This document shows positions 50,549 to 61,198 of a DNA stretch of 64,000 nucleotides, in pieces; position 1 is the stretch's first letter, and each line of letters starts with the position of its first letter. Under the pieces are notes generated by a model, which had not been told where the DNA came from, did not search any database, and saw only the letters and a program-made list of their open reading frames with translations. The DNA comes from Perkinsela sp. CCAP 1560/9 (lineage: Eukaryota; Protista; Euglenozoa: Kinetoplastea): positions 1 to 64,000 of the forward strand of contig CBFFSA010000006.1 in assembly GCA_965644495.1 (NCBI GenBank). Reading direction: 5' to 3'. A program made the position numbers and the translations under genes.

Positions 50549-50705
50549 TAATACAGTATAATAATGTATGGATGCTAGTGTACAATACGTAAATACGAAA
50601 ATGTATACAAATTGTTTAGAGCTATTGAAACTTAATCGAAACACAAACAATCGAAATATATATTATGTGATTCTTGAACTCAGATATGCTACTCTTTGTC
50701 ATTCG

Positions 50706-51950
50706 ATGATTACCTTTAACCCGACCGTGATTTCGAGTGAGAGAACTTTCCAGAAAATTTCAGCGCACAATTCTGATTTATCCGCTGGGCGTTTCGAAGG
50801 AGAAAAAGACATCAAGGAAGTCCAAGCGAGACTTGCATCAGCTGTTAGTCAGTTAAGTGAATCCCGATCCGAGCTAACTCGTCTGCGCCTGCTGTGCTCT
50901 CAACTATATGTGGCCCAGTTAAAAGGGCAGCATTTAGCTCTCGACTCGGAGTCAAGATCTACTATGTCGAAAACGCTATCAAACCGCTACTCAACAGTTT
51001 ACACCACATACGAAGTACCATCACCAGAGAATCGTTGCGATGTTCCCATCATAAAGGATTCTTACAACGATCTGGGGATTAGAAGTTCGCATTACACACC
51101 AACTGTGAGTTGTGGTTCGCAGACTGAATCGCCGCGGGAAGTAGGTGAGCTTTCTACTAAATCAGCAGAGAGCAATTCCGAGGACAGAGCTTGTCAAATG
51201 ACTTTTACGCATGCACACTCTGTTGCCATTACACCCAGGACACCTTTTTCTGATGCTTTGGAGCAGCAAACACCTTGGGCGCATGATGGCAGGAGCGGAT
51301 ATCATTCGGAAAACTCTTACCTTCATAGCTGTTCGTCAAACGAAGATCGTCCAAACTTGAACACTACTACCTTGAATGCTGACTTTTCACCCTCCTCTAC
51401 GAATGGTGTACGGCTATCGTTTACCCCCTCGGAATTTAAGCGGGTGATTACGAATGAGCACTTTAATATGAACTCATTATCGACCCCCCGAAGTGCTGAG
51501 GAATTAATTAGCACACCGCGCAATAAAGATCGACTACATCGGACCACAAGTATCAGTTCTACGAATGAACTGATCTTTCAAACTAAGAAAACTAAGCCAA
51601 GTGCCGCTAGTAGGTCTCGGCGAACGAGGTCGTCCGAGGAGGAAGTGCTGGAGGGAAGTCAATCCGACGAAAACATGGAAGGCACAACAAATAAGCGCTT
51701 ACGCAGAGGTTCTACGAAAGACTTCAACGCAAAAAAATTGCGAGCATCAAACTCCACAAAAGCGCGAAATGAAGCACAAAGCTCAGTTAGCCCAGATACT
51801 AAAGAACTTTCAATAGGGGAAAGACTTCACCTTCGCAAAAAAAAATTAGATACGTTCGGCGATTATGTAAAAGAAACCTCCAGTACCAAGGAATTAGAGA
51901 ACTCGATTAAATCAAGCGCCAAAAAGTCTCGTAGAAAGAAAAGTCGATAA
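50706..51950 (+). CDS. Hypothetical protein (N-terminal coiled coil, S/TP-rich disordered tail, basic NLS-like end)
   Basis: Long ORF on the cluster strand; start uncertain (upstream in-frame ATG at 50568 lies in AT-rich sequence). Confidence 0.6.
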   Translation: MITFNPTVISSERTFQKISAHNSDLSAGRFEGEKDIKEVQARLASAVSQLSESRSELTRLRLLCSQLYVAQLKGQHLALDSESRSTMSKTLSNRYSTVYTTYEVPSPENRCDVPIIKDSYNDLGIRSSHYTPTVSCGSQTESPREVGELSTKSAESNSEDRACQMTFTHAHSVAITPRTPFSDALEQQTPWAHDGRSGYHSENSYLHSCSSNEDRPNLNTTTLNADFSPSSTNGVRLSFTPSEFKRVITNEHFNMNSLSTPRSAEELISTPRNKDRLHRTTSISSTNELIFQTKKTKPSAASRSRRTRSSEEEVLEGSQSDENMEGTTNKRLRRGSTKDFNAKKLRASNSTKARNEAQSSVSPDTKELSIGERLHLRKKKLDTFGDYVKETSSTKELENSIKSSAKKSRRKKSR

Positions 51951-52206
51951 TTGCTTCGTATTTCCTTTTATATTACAATGACTTCAAAAGGATTTTTCTT
52001 AAAGGGTTGCCTAATTTTCGATTTTGAATGTACTATTTTGTTTTGGTATACAGGTTATGATATGATAACGTAACTTGAGGCTCTGTTATACTGTTAATCA
52101 AAATTGCAGCGGCTTACAATTTAATTCTTTAAAAAAATATGGTACTACATTCGTTTTTTAAAGGGATTACGCACCCCTTTTGGAATCGCTACATAATATT
52201 TTTATA

Positions 52207-53055
52207 ATGTCACCCTTTTTGAGAGCTGTAGCGAGTACAAGCATATCTTCTCTTGTGACCTCCTCTAGACACCGATCCACCTTTCTGTTATATCAGAGCG
52301 GCTTGAGACATCAGTCCAGTACCAGCGCAGAAATTACGAATGTCGAAGAAAGTGATAAAGATGATCTGAACCCAATGTCAGAAAATGCAAACGGCGTGTT
52401 GCAGATCTCGCGCTTTGATCCGTCGTGCAACACTCAGAAACTTGACAGTTATTCTTTCAAGAAGACAAATGACTTTATGGTACTCGATCTATTAGTCGCG
52501 GTAAAAGCTCACCAAGACCCAAGCCTAGCCTTTCGAGCTTCATGCTGCGAGGGGGTATGTGGTAGTTGTGCAATGAATATAAATGGTGTAAACTCACTTG
52601 CCTGTGTTACTTATGCCCAGAAACACACAGTTGTTGGACCACTGCCGAACATGCCTGTAATAAAAGATTTGGTGGTAGATTTCAAGCTATTCTTTGGCCA
52701 ATACTCCTTTATTCGTCCCTATATACGGAACCTCAACTTGGACCGATACCATATTCAGTCGATATACAAGCGATATAATGAAATGATGAGCACAAGTCGC
52801 ACAAGACCCGCAATAACCAACGATAACGATGGATCCATCTTATTCCACAATGTGCCCGACAAACGCGGTACTTACTTGCGCCTGATTGACCGGTTAATTG
52901 CACAACAAGAAGTAAAAAAGGTTCTTATTATACTTTTGAAAATGAGACAAGAAGGTTTGAATTTAAGCAAAGGCGAAGAGGCAGAACTGTTGCGTGCCGC
53001 TGCGACACCTGTAGAGCTTGCTGAGACATCTGAGAATATGATCAACAAAGAATAA
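52207..53055 (+). CDS. SDH2N: Succinate dehydrogenase iron-sulfur subunit, N-terminal half
   Basis: DPSLAFRASCCEGVCGSCAMNING..LAC, PLPNMPVIKDLVVD; lacks the C-terminal CxxCxxC clusters. Confidence 0.92.
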   Translation: MSPFLRAVASTSISSLVTSSRHRSTFLLYQSGLRHQSSTSAEITNVEESDKDDLNPMSENANGVLQISRFDPSCNTQKLDSYSFKKTNDFMVLDLLVAVKAHQDPSLAFRASCCEGVCGSCAMNINGVNSLACVTYAQKHTVVGPLPNMPVIKDLVVDFKLFFGQYSFIRPYIRNLNLDRYHIQSIYKRYNEMMSTSRTRPAITNDNDGSILFHNVPDKRGTYLRLIDRLIAQQEVKKVLIILLKMRQEGLNLSKGEEAELLRAAATPVELAETSENMINKE

Positions 53056-53542
53056 TGCTGTTCCTTTTGCATAACCTCTTTAAAGCCGTCCAAGGGAAAC
53101 GTCACATACTATTTAAATAAAAAAGTCAAGCATGTAAAGTTACTTCTATGAGCCCCGTAACAAAAGCGTTTCCCATACAAACTTTAGTACCACTTATGCC
53201 GAATAAGAATAGTGCTTGGCATTTTTAGTAAAATAGCACCCCTTATTACTCGTATTCGTATTATAAAAAATGCCTTTCTAAAAAGCTATAGCACAATAAT
53301 TTTACTGAATCTCTGACACAGCCAACTTTTGAAAAAGACCAAAATACCAGAAATAATGACCAGCAATGCGCACGAGATAAAAAAAGAAAAACGTTCGGAA
53401 ACGAAAATATAGAACTTCACATGAATATTCACCGTCGTCTTGAGATGTTGATTACCCCCTTTTAACCTCTTTATCACTACCGTAACATGCACTCTTCAAC
53501 ACAACACTACCTCCCTTACTCACTTCTTTAACTCCCCCCCGG

Positions 53543-54685
53543 ATGGCACCCCCCACTTCCCTCTCCGCTATCTCCAACGATTGTCCCTACTGCGCCGAGA
53601 ACCCCTACGCAACCCGTGACGAGCCCTTTCCCCCCCTCGCGCGCCAACACTACCCGAGCCGCTGGTCTTTCTACCGCGACGCACTCCGGTCCCCCCGCTA
53701 CGTCCTGGCCCCCATGGTGGACCAGAGCGCATTAGCGTTTCGCATGCTGTGCCGGTCCTACGGCGCCGAGCTGTGCTACACCCCGATGTTCCACAGTGCG
53801 CAGTTTTCCCACAGTGAGGTCTACCGCCGACGTGAGTTCACGACGTGTGAAGGGGACCGACCGCTGGTGGTTCAGTTCTGTGGGAACTCCCCAACGACCG
53901 TGCTGTCCGCGGCACAGTATGTTGAGAACCACTGTGATGCGGTGGACTTGAATTTAGGGTGTCCTCAAGGGATTGCACGACGTGGACACTATGGGAGTTT
54001 TCTAATGGAGGATTGGGCGTTGATTCATAGGATTATTCACACGCTTGCGGTGGAGTTGAGGGTTCCGGTGACGGCGAAGATTAGGGTTTACCCGGATGTG
54101 GAGAAAACAGTCGCGTATGCTCGGATGGTGGTAGAGGCGGGGGCGTGGATGCTGGCCGTGCATGGAAGAACGCGAGAGATGAAAGGAGCACAGACAAGCC
54201 TTGCGGATTGGGAGCAAATTCGAGCCATTCGAGAGGCATTGCCGTACGTTCCCGTCCTGGCGAATGGTAATATTTTAACTGGAGACGATGTGGAACATTG
54301 TCTACGCGCGACCGGATGTGCAGGCATATTGTCTGCGGAAGGTCTGTTGTACGATCCCCGACTTTTTTTAAAACCCACTGGTCAAATCTTGTACAACGGT
54401 AGGTATAAAAAACTATTGCCTCTTGACGTGTGCTTGATTGATACAGTAGAAGATGTTGTACGGCGTTACCTAGAGTACAGTCAAAGGTACGGAGCTGTTG
54501 CCTCGCACGTGAAAGCACATTTGTTTAAACTTTTGTTTCACCTCTTTGCTCACTACCCAGAGCTGCGCGTGAAACTGGGGGATAGTTGTGGAAATTCTAT
54601 TGACACGCTACCCAACTGTGCGGCAAACATCATAGCTCAGGCTAGATCAAATTTTCTGCTTCAAAGTAGTAATATATTATCGTAG
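53543..54685 (+). CDS. DUS1: tRNA-dihydrouridine synthase 1
   Basis: APMVDQS..FR, YTPM, DRPLVVQF, DLNLGCPQGIARRGHYGSFL, VHGRTRE, ANGNI. Confidence 0.93.
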   Translation: MAPPTSLSAISNDCPYCAENPYATRDEPFPPLARQHYPSRWSFYRDALRSPRYVLAPMVDQSALAFRMLCRSYGAELCYTPMFHSAQFSHSEVYRRREFTTCEGDRPLVVQFCGNSPTTVLSAAQYVENHCDAVDLNLGCPQGIARRGHYGSFLMEDWALIHRIIHTLAVELRVPVTAKIRVYPDVEKTVAYARMVVEAGAWMLAVHGRTREMKGAQTSLADWEQIRAIREALPYVPVLANGNILTGDDVEHCLRATGCAGILSAEGLLYDPRLFLKPTGQILYNGRYKKLLPLDVCLIDTVEDVVRRYLEYSQRYGAVASHVKAHLFKLLFHLFAHYPELRVKLGDSCGNSIDTLPNCAANIIAQARSNFLLQSSNILS

Positions 54686-54870
54686 ACGCTCTAACACCCT
54701 ACTGTGATGATCTACAGCAGGAGACCACATTTTGACCATATTGTTTTTGGCAAATAAATTTTGGTCTCATTTCTTGAATTAATTAGTCAGAATTAAAAGA
54801 AAACATATTTCATCTTGAATATGATACATGACAGATATCCACAAAAATCTTATAGAAGTACTTGCTTTTT

Positions 54871-56718
54871 ATGCCCACCCTCACTTGCATCCGCTCATAT
54901 CTATTTGAGCTTCTTGGAAAAACATTTTCTGACGTAGAATTCGCCGACATCTGCTTTCGCTTCGGTGTGGAACTCGATGAGATAACTACCCCAGAAGAAA
55001 TGAAAGCGAAAGAGATGGGAGAGAAGATTGCTCGCACGAGCGACTTCTCTGCTGAAAATAACGATATCATTTTTAAGATCGATTGTCCCGCGAATCGGCA
55101 TGACCTCCTAAGTGTCGAAGGCATGGCTGTTGCACTAAAAGTTTTTCTAGGTCTCATTCCAACGCCATGTCATCGATTAATCCGCCCTTCTTCCTTGGTT
55201 ACTGTCCACGTTATGCGTTCTGTGAAGCATGTTCGGGAGTTCATATCGTGCGCAATTTTGCGAGAGCTTAATTTTACGACCACTTCCTTAGCATCTTTCA
55301 TAGACTTTCAGGATAAACTTCACCAAAGTTTGGCACGTCGACGAAGTTTAGCCTCAGTTGGAACACATGACCTCTCCAAAATACGTCCTCCATTTTTCTA
55401 CGATGCACAGCCGAGAAATGTGATCCAGTTCGTCCCATTGAAGCAGAGCACCACATTGAGTTGCGCCGAAAACGGACTTGCAGAATATTACAAGGATGAC
55501 AAATTTATATCGAAGTACGTATCTCTGCTTTCCCCGTTCCCAAATTACCCGATAGTCAGAGATTCCGTTCCGAAAGTGCTTTCCCTCCCCCCCATAATAA
55601 ATTCGGCTTACAGCGCAATCTCTCTTTCCACTCGGGATGTCTTTATTGAGTGCACAGGAGTAGACAAGAAAAAAACAGACAATCTACTTCAACTGCTGGT
55701 AGCCTCCTTTTCAATGTATTGTAAGGATCCCTTTACCATTGAACCAGTTGAACTGAAGTACGAAGACGGGAGAAAATCTGAGCTTACCCCTAGCCTTGGA
55801 AGTAGAAGCATGACGTGCAGCACAAGTAGACTTGCGACGCAAATAGGCCTTTTTCACGAAGAGCTCACTCCTTCAATCTGTGCATCACTGCTTCGTAAAA
55901 TGCAAATCGAAGCCGATCCGAGTTCAAATGACGATCTACTGGAAGTGCAAGTACCTATACAGCGACCGGATATTCTGCACGAGTGTGACATTATGGAAGA
56001 CGTTGCGATTGCTTTTGGATATGATAAACTTGTGCAACGGGATCCGATTGTTCCTACTTTGAGCTCAGGAACGCAAAACAGACTGGAAAAACTATCTCAC
56101 TTACTTCGTCTCGAAATCGCTACCTGTGGCTACAGCGAGATTCTGACTACCAGTCTCTGCAGTCGTGACGAGACATCCCGAATGTTGCGCCGCAAAGAGG
56201 ACAACTCGGCGGTACAAATCGCAAATCCTAAAACGCATGATTATCAAATTTGTCGGACTTCTCTACTTCCAGGAACATTACGTTTCTTAATGCATAATTT
56301 ACACCATGCACTTCCAATACAGTTATTTGAGGTCACTGACGTGGTTTTGAAGGATGTGACCGCTCGCACGGGAGCCCGGAACAAAAGACATGTCGCGGCT
56401 TTATGTTGCACGGCCGATCGCAGTGCTTTTCATTGTTTACGTGGGGTACTTGAACACATAATGGAAAAGTTGGAGGTCCCAAAGCTCAATGTTGTGAAAT
56501 CAGACGATCAAGATTTCTTTTTACCTGGACGAGGGGCTGATATCGTAATTAACACGCGGAAAGATTCTTCTATGCAGAACATTGGATGTATCGGCGTATT
56601 ACATCCCGAGGTCCTAAGCAATTTTGATATTTCATATCCCGTAACGTACATGGAATTTACTATAGAGCCATTTGTTTCTGATTCTGGTGTGTCAGAAAAT
56701 GAAATTACAGAAAACTAG
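54871..56718 (+). CDS. FARSB: Cytosolic phenylalanyl-tRNA synthetase beta subunit
   Basis: MPTL start; FGVELDE, PANRHDLLSVEG, QDKLH, GTHDL, VLSLPPIINS, RPDILHECDIMEDVAIAFGY, NPKT..YQ..RTSLLPG. Confidence 0.96.
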   Translation: MPTLTCIRSYLFELLGKTFSDVEFADICFRFGVELDEITTPEEMKAKEMGEKIARTSDFSAENNDIIFKIDCPANRHDLLSVEGMAVALKVFLGLIPTPCHRLIRPSSLVTVHVMRSVKHVREFISCAILRELNFTTTSLASFIDFQDKLHQSLARRRSLASVGTHDLSKIRPPFFYDAQPRNVIQFVPLKQSTTLSCAENGLAEYYKDDKFISKYVSLLSPFPNYPIVRDSVPKVLSLPPIINSAYSAISLSTRDVFIECTGVDKKKTDNLLQLLVASFSMYCKDPFTIEPVELKYEDGRKSELTPSLGSRSMTCSTSRLATQIGLFHEELTPSICASLLRKMQIEADPSSNDDLLEVQVPIQRPDILHECDIMEDVAIAFGYDKLVQRDPIVPTLSSGTQNRLEKLSHLLRLEIATCGYSEILTTSLCSRDETSRMLRRKEDNSAVQIANPKTHDYQICRTSLLPGTLRFLMHNLHHALPIQLFEVTDVVLKDVTARTGARNKRHVAALCCTADRSAFHCLRGVLEHIMEKLEVPKLNVVKSDDQDFFLPGRGADIVINTRKDSSMQNIGCIGVLHPEVLSNFDISYPVTYMEFTIEPFVSDSGVSENEITEN

Positions 56719-56946
56719 CTTTTAGTTTTCACGAGCATTAATGGGTGGGCGTCTCTTTCGCTATAAACATTTATCCTCGGGACTAGTTCGTTATCGATTT
56801 CACCACTTTTATTGCTTCAATATTATTTTTTACAGCTATAAAAATCATAAGTCTACTCAGTCGTCGATAGCTACAGTTATAGCTACAGTTCTACTTTAGG
56901 TGATACACTTTAGCTTTTACACCAGCTATATCATACTCAACGAGCA

Positions 56947-57357
56947 ATGGTCACCATAAGCCGTCGCAAGCAAAGAAAAGCCCACTTCACTGCCCCCAGC
57001 CACGAACGACGTATTCGTATGAGTGCCCCATTGTCCAAGGAGCTGCGAGCCAAATATGGAGTACGATCAATGCCTGTCCGCCGTGATGACGAGGTCAAAG
57101 TAAAGCGAGGACAATCCAAAGGACGAGAAGGGAAGATTACTCAAGTGTATCGTTTGAAATGGGTTATTCACGTGGACAAGCTTAATCGGGAAAAAGCGAA
57201 CGGTACGTCAGTGCCTCTTGGAATTAACGCATCTAATGTTGAAATAATAAAGCTTAAGCTAACGAAAGACCGCAGGCGCATTTTGGAGCGTAAGGCTCAA
57301 CACCGTAGTAAGGATGAAGTTATTAAGTCCGACACGAAAATGAAGGAAATAGACTAA
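56947..57357 (+). CDS. RPL26: 60S ribosomal protein L26 (uL24)
   Basis: [46 protein letters not shown]. Confidence 0.98.
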   Translation: MVTISRRKQRKAHFTAPSHERRIRMSAPLSKELRAKYGVRSMPVRRDDEVKVKRGQSKGREGKITQVYRLKWVIHVDKLNREKANGTSVPLGINASNVEIIKLKLTKDRRRILERKAQHRSKDEVIKSDTKMKEID

Positions 57358-57683
57358 GAAAGTCATGTTTTCACGAAAGAAAGTGTAAGTATTGAATCCT
57401 GTCATATTTAGAATTTATAGTTCTGTCTATAACATAAAGCGAAATAGTATAGTAAAGCATCCAAATTAACTTTACTTATTGATGTTATCATAGTGTATTG
57501 TTATATGCGAAGACAATTGCTTTGCATAAGAAAATCTCAAAAAAATATCCTTTGTTTCAAAATTAGATTACAAAAATGTGCTGCAGTAACAAACGAGAGA
57601 GCGTACTACAATCAATATTACATCCAACTCAGAGTACCCTGATGCGCTCTTAGTTATCCTCCGCGTTGTCATTGCTGTAGGGC

Positions 57684-59111
57684 ATGAGTTGTACAAACTG
57701 TTTTCAAAGAGCAGTTCTTGGACGAAGCATTGCACAAACAAAACCATCGGAGAGAGTTTATTTTTGGCAATGCCTTCGTTTCTTGCGAAAGAAAGCGAAA
57801 CCGAACCCGACCATCAGCACATCTACTAAAGCGACAGATCAAAGCAATGAAGGGAGATACAAAGGAGTAAAATCCGACTACGCTGAGAAACCATACAGTT
57901 CTGGACACCCGAAAGTACCGGGATCCCTTCGCACATCGAAAGATGCCTCTGTTCCCAATATCCAGAATTCATCGTCATCCACGCCGTCATTAATCGACGA
58001 TGAGAAGCGCATCAAAACTATACCAAAGCAAACTGTATTTCTAGATCTCAATGCGGCTGATATTCCAACAGCGACCTCCGATGAAAGACCCAATGAGCAG
58101 GGAAGGACTCCTGACCTTGAATCGCGCAATGGCCTAGCATTGTCAATCTATCGTGCGTGTAGGGCTACTCGCGAGTCCATGAGGAAACGATGCACTGAAG
58201 AACATCCTATTCAGGACTGCGTCTTTGGTGGTGAAGAGGGAATATACAAAGTTTGGGCCCACTACGGAATTCGCCCGCATGCTCTATTCGCAGCGTCGGA
58301 TATTCATCTTCCCAGGTGGTGCCGCGAGAATTCCCAACCCACTTACGTAATTCGCTCCCCGCTACCGCTTATCAACCGCATGTTACACGCGAAGCTGAAC
58401 GACAGTTTCGCGGCTCACTTTCCTGCACCTAAACGCATGCGCAAAGACGTCTTATTTTCTCGTGAGGTCATATCTTCTCCTGGTCGCATTCTCGCCCTCC
58501 ATGGTATGCAAATACCATCAAACCTTGGGGCGTTGCTCAAATATGCAGTAACCATTGGCTTTCATACGGTAATCCTTATGGATTGTGTCTCCCTGCTCAA
58601 TGAAAAAGTGCTACGAGCCGCAGAAGGAGCTCATTACCACCCCCACGCCGTGTTTGTTGAAATTCCATCCCAGGATCCGCGCAAAGCCGCTGAACTCCTC
58701 GAAGACGTTGCCATTGCACAGCGCTTGGTTCCCTGCGTGACACTTCCCGCAGCCGAGACGACGCCCATTACCGAGTTTGCTCGTTCGCTTTATTGGTACA
58801 ACCAACAGCGACGGCAACCGTTCGAGTCCCCGCAGCCGCTGGAGAACTACGGAGCTCTGGTGGTTCTGGGTGGGGAGCACCATGGGCTACGTGCGATGTG
58901 TAGTCACTGGAAGAGGATTCGTCCACAGTATGTCTCGGTTACCATGGACCACTGTTTGGTGGAGAGCCTGAATGTCGTCTCAGCGGGAGCGATTCTCATG
59001 CACGCGCTGCGCCACAGTGCGGATAAGGACCACGAGCGGGATCTTGCGCATGGGATATCCTTTGGGGAGGACAAACTTGTGAAATCGTCGTTTGTCCTGC
59101 CGGAGCGATGA
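57684..59111 (+). CDS. SpoU/TrmH-family (MRM3-like) RNA methyltransferase-like protein
   Basis: MQIPSNLGALLK, KVLRAAEGA, LVVLGGEHHGL, VESLNVVSAGAIL. Confidence 0.85.
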   Translation: MSCTNCFQRAVLGRSIAQTKPSERVYFWQCLRFLRKKAKPNPTISTSTKATDQSNEGRYKGVKSDYAEKPYSSGHPKVPGSLRTSKDASVPNIQNSSSSTPSLIDDEKRIKTIPKQTVFLDLNAADIPTATSDERPNEQGRTPDLESRNGLALSIYRACRATRESMRKRCTEEHPIQDCVFGGEEGIYKVWAHYGIRPHALFAASDIHLPRWCRENSQPTYVIRSPLPLINRMLHAKLNDSFAAHFPAPKRMRKDVLFSREVISSPGRILALHGMQIPSNLGALLKYAVTIGFHTVILMDCVSLLNEKVLRAAEGAHYHPHAVFVEIPSQDPRKAAELLEDVAIAQRLVPCVTLPAAETTPITEFARSLYWYNQQRRQPFESPQPLENYGALVVLGGEHHGLRAMCSHWKRIRPQYVSVTMDHCLVESLNVVSAGAILMHALRHSADKDHERDLAHGISFGEDKLVKSSFVLPER

Positions 59112-59511
59112 GGATGGATCTTTCATAATTTCAACATAATTCTGTTTATGTACCTTGTATATCTCGTTTACTTCGGTATTTACGTTTTGGAATTTTTTAT
59201 GGGATGGTGCGATGTCGATATGCATTAAATGGCACTCCGCTTGACTCAAGATGAGTACAATTATTGTAAAAGGCAGGAAATTTTCGTGAGGAAGGTACTA
59301 CCTCTGCACTTATGTTCGTACCTCGTTATTTTACCGTATTTATACGAAACGCCCGAAACGAGAAGAGCTGCTTTGGCGCACAAAAATCTAAAGGGACGAG
59401 AACAAAAATGATGATATCGTACATACTATTATTATACTTTATAGTAATGTGTGAGGTTCTATTTTAATAATGCTAATTTTGCGGAACCTACTTTTTTACC
59501 ATACCGGGAGA

Positions 59512-60744
59512 ATGAGGCGGCTGTGTTCAGGTAGCTCTATACACTTTGCTCAAAATCAGCGCCATTTTAGCGTTCACGAGTATAGTGCAAAGCACTTACT
59601 GCGGTCGGCAGGCTGTAACGTTGAGAAGGGAGTTATGTGTGAATCAGTTGCCGATATCCCAAAAGTGTGGAAGGATATTCCTTCGGAGGTGAAGGTTGTG
59701 AAAGCTCAAATCCTTGCCGGGGGTCGTGGAAAGGGCACTTTTACCAGTGGATTTCAGGGAGGTGTGCACATGTGTACTACCTTAGAGAGCGCAATCGAAG
59801 TAGCCACAAAAATGCTAGGCGGAACGCTCGTTACGAAACAGACGGGAGCGAGTGGTATGCAAGTACGGAAACTGTATATTGCTGAGTGCTTGCCTGAAAT
59901 TAAGAAAGAGTACTACTTAGCCATTTTGCTAGATCGGCCCTCCGGTGGACCTGTATTCGTTGCATCATCAGAAGGGGGAATGGATATAGAGGAAGTTGCG
60001 CGTTCGTTTCCGGAAAAGATTCATAAAATGCCAGTAAATATCCTGAAGGGCATATCGCTTGATGCAACGAAAGAATTTGCCTTTGCACTTGGCATGGGTC
60101 CCGGTGCTGCCGAAGAAATTGTAAAACTGTACGATTTTGCAAAATCTAAAGATGCTCTTATGGTCGAAATTAACCCATTCGCACAGCTTAATGATGGCTC
60201 TTTCATGTGTATTGATGCAAAAATAAATTTTGATGATAATGCAGATTTTCGTCAAGCAGAGGTCATGCTACATGAAGATATGGATGCTAAGGATCCTCGA
60301 GAAGTCGAAGCAGCGAAATGGAAACTCAATTACGTGGCCTTAGATGGCAACGTCGGCTGCTTGGTAAATGGTGCTGGACTGGCGATGGCAACAATGGACG
60401 TCATATCCCTTTATGGCGGAAGTCCAGCTAATTTTCTTGATGTGGGCGGAAGTGCCTCCACTCAACAAGTTGCAAGTGCGTTGTCTATCATTCAACAGGA
60501 CCGAAAAGTGCGCGGCGTACTGGTAAACATTTTTGGCGGTATAATGAAATGTGACACTATCGCCCGGGGCGTGATTGAAGCGTGTCATGCATCCAGTTGT
60601 AAGGTGCCACTTGTCGTTCGACTGTCAGGGACGAACTCAGACGAAGGAAAGAATTTGTTGCGAGAAAGCGGTCTGAGCATTCATCCGGCTTCCGATTTGG
60701 ACGAGGCTGCACAAAAGATGATGTCATTGATCAGTAGCAAGTAA
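59512..60744 (+). CDS. Succinyl-CoA ligase beta subunit, mitochondrial
   Basis: HEY.AK.LL, KAQILAGGRGKG, GGMDIEEVA, EINP, DAKINFDDNA.FRQ, VNGAGLAMATMD, NFLDVGG. Confidence 0.96.
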   Translation: MRRLCSGSSIHFAQNQRHFSVHEYSAKHLLRSAGCNVEKGVMCESVADIPKVWKDIPSEVKVVKAQILAGGRGKGTFTSGFQGGVHMCTTLESAIEVATKMLGGTLVTKQTGASGMQVRKLYIAECLPEIKKEYYLAILLDRPSGGPVFVASSEGGMDIEEVARSFPEKIHKMPVNILKGISLDATKEFAFALGMGPGAAEEIVKLYDFAKSKDALMVEINPFAQLNDGSFMCIDAKINFDDNADFRQAEVMLHEDMDAKDPREVEAAKWKLNYVALDGNVGCLVNGAGLAMATMDVISLYGGSPANFLDVGGSASTQQVASALSIIQQDRKVRGVLVNIFGGIMKCDTIARGVIEACHASSCKVPLVVRLSGTNSDEGKNLLRESGLSIHPASDLDEAAQKMMSLISSK

Positions 60745-61198
60745 AACCGCGTCCGATAGGCGGTTTGACATGTCAAGTAGCTACATGTATCTCATTCAGC
60801 AACCGTACAAATATTTCTATGTCGATATTTAAGTGAGAGGAAGGTATCGGACCGATAAAATAAGAAGAGACTTTAGGGATCTTGTGTTTTTAATACCTTA
60901 GATTTTTCAAAGTGGGCTCGCTATTTTTACCTACTCTTTTGATGTACTTGACCCCCTTTTACGGTAACAGGTTTGGATGGAATACAGAAACAAAATTTAT
61001 TTCCTTTACTTCTGCCTACAATAAGGTCACGTAAAAAAGGCATTCACTACTTCAAGTAGTTTTCGGAATATAAAATGCTTGCTCTTTTTTTGTATTCTCA
61101 TCCAATGCTGGAAAAAGAGAAGTGTGAGAGCTAAAATTTTCTTGAACGCTTAAGAATGTCAATGATTCCAACCGAACGATGTGCTTTTCTATTCTTCC

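Noticed and set aside
3071-50558. TACAGTA/TACTGTA as Tc1 excision footprints (3071, 26401, 30018, 36967, 50552)
   Set aside because: About five hits is close to a rough chance expectation for AT-rich spacers; needs ortholog comparison.
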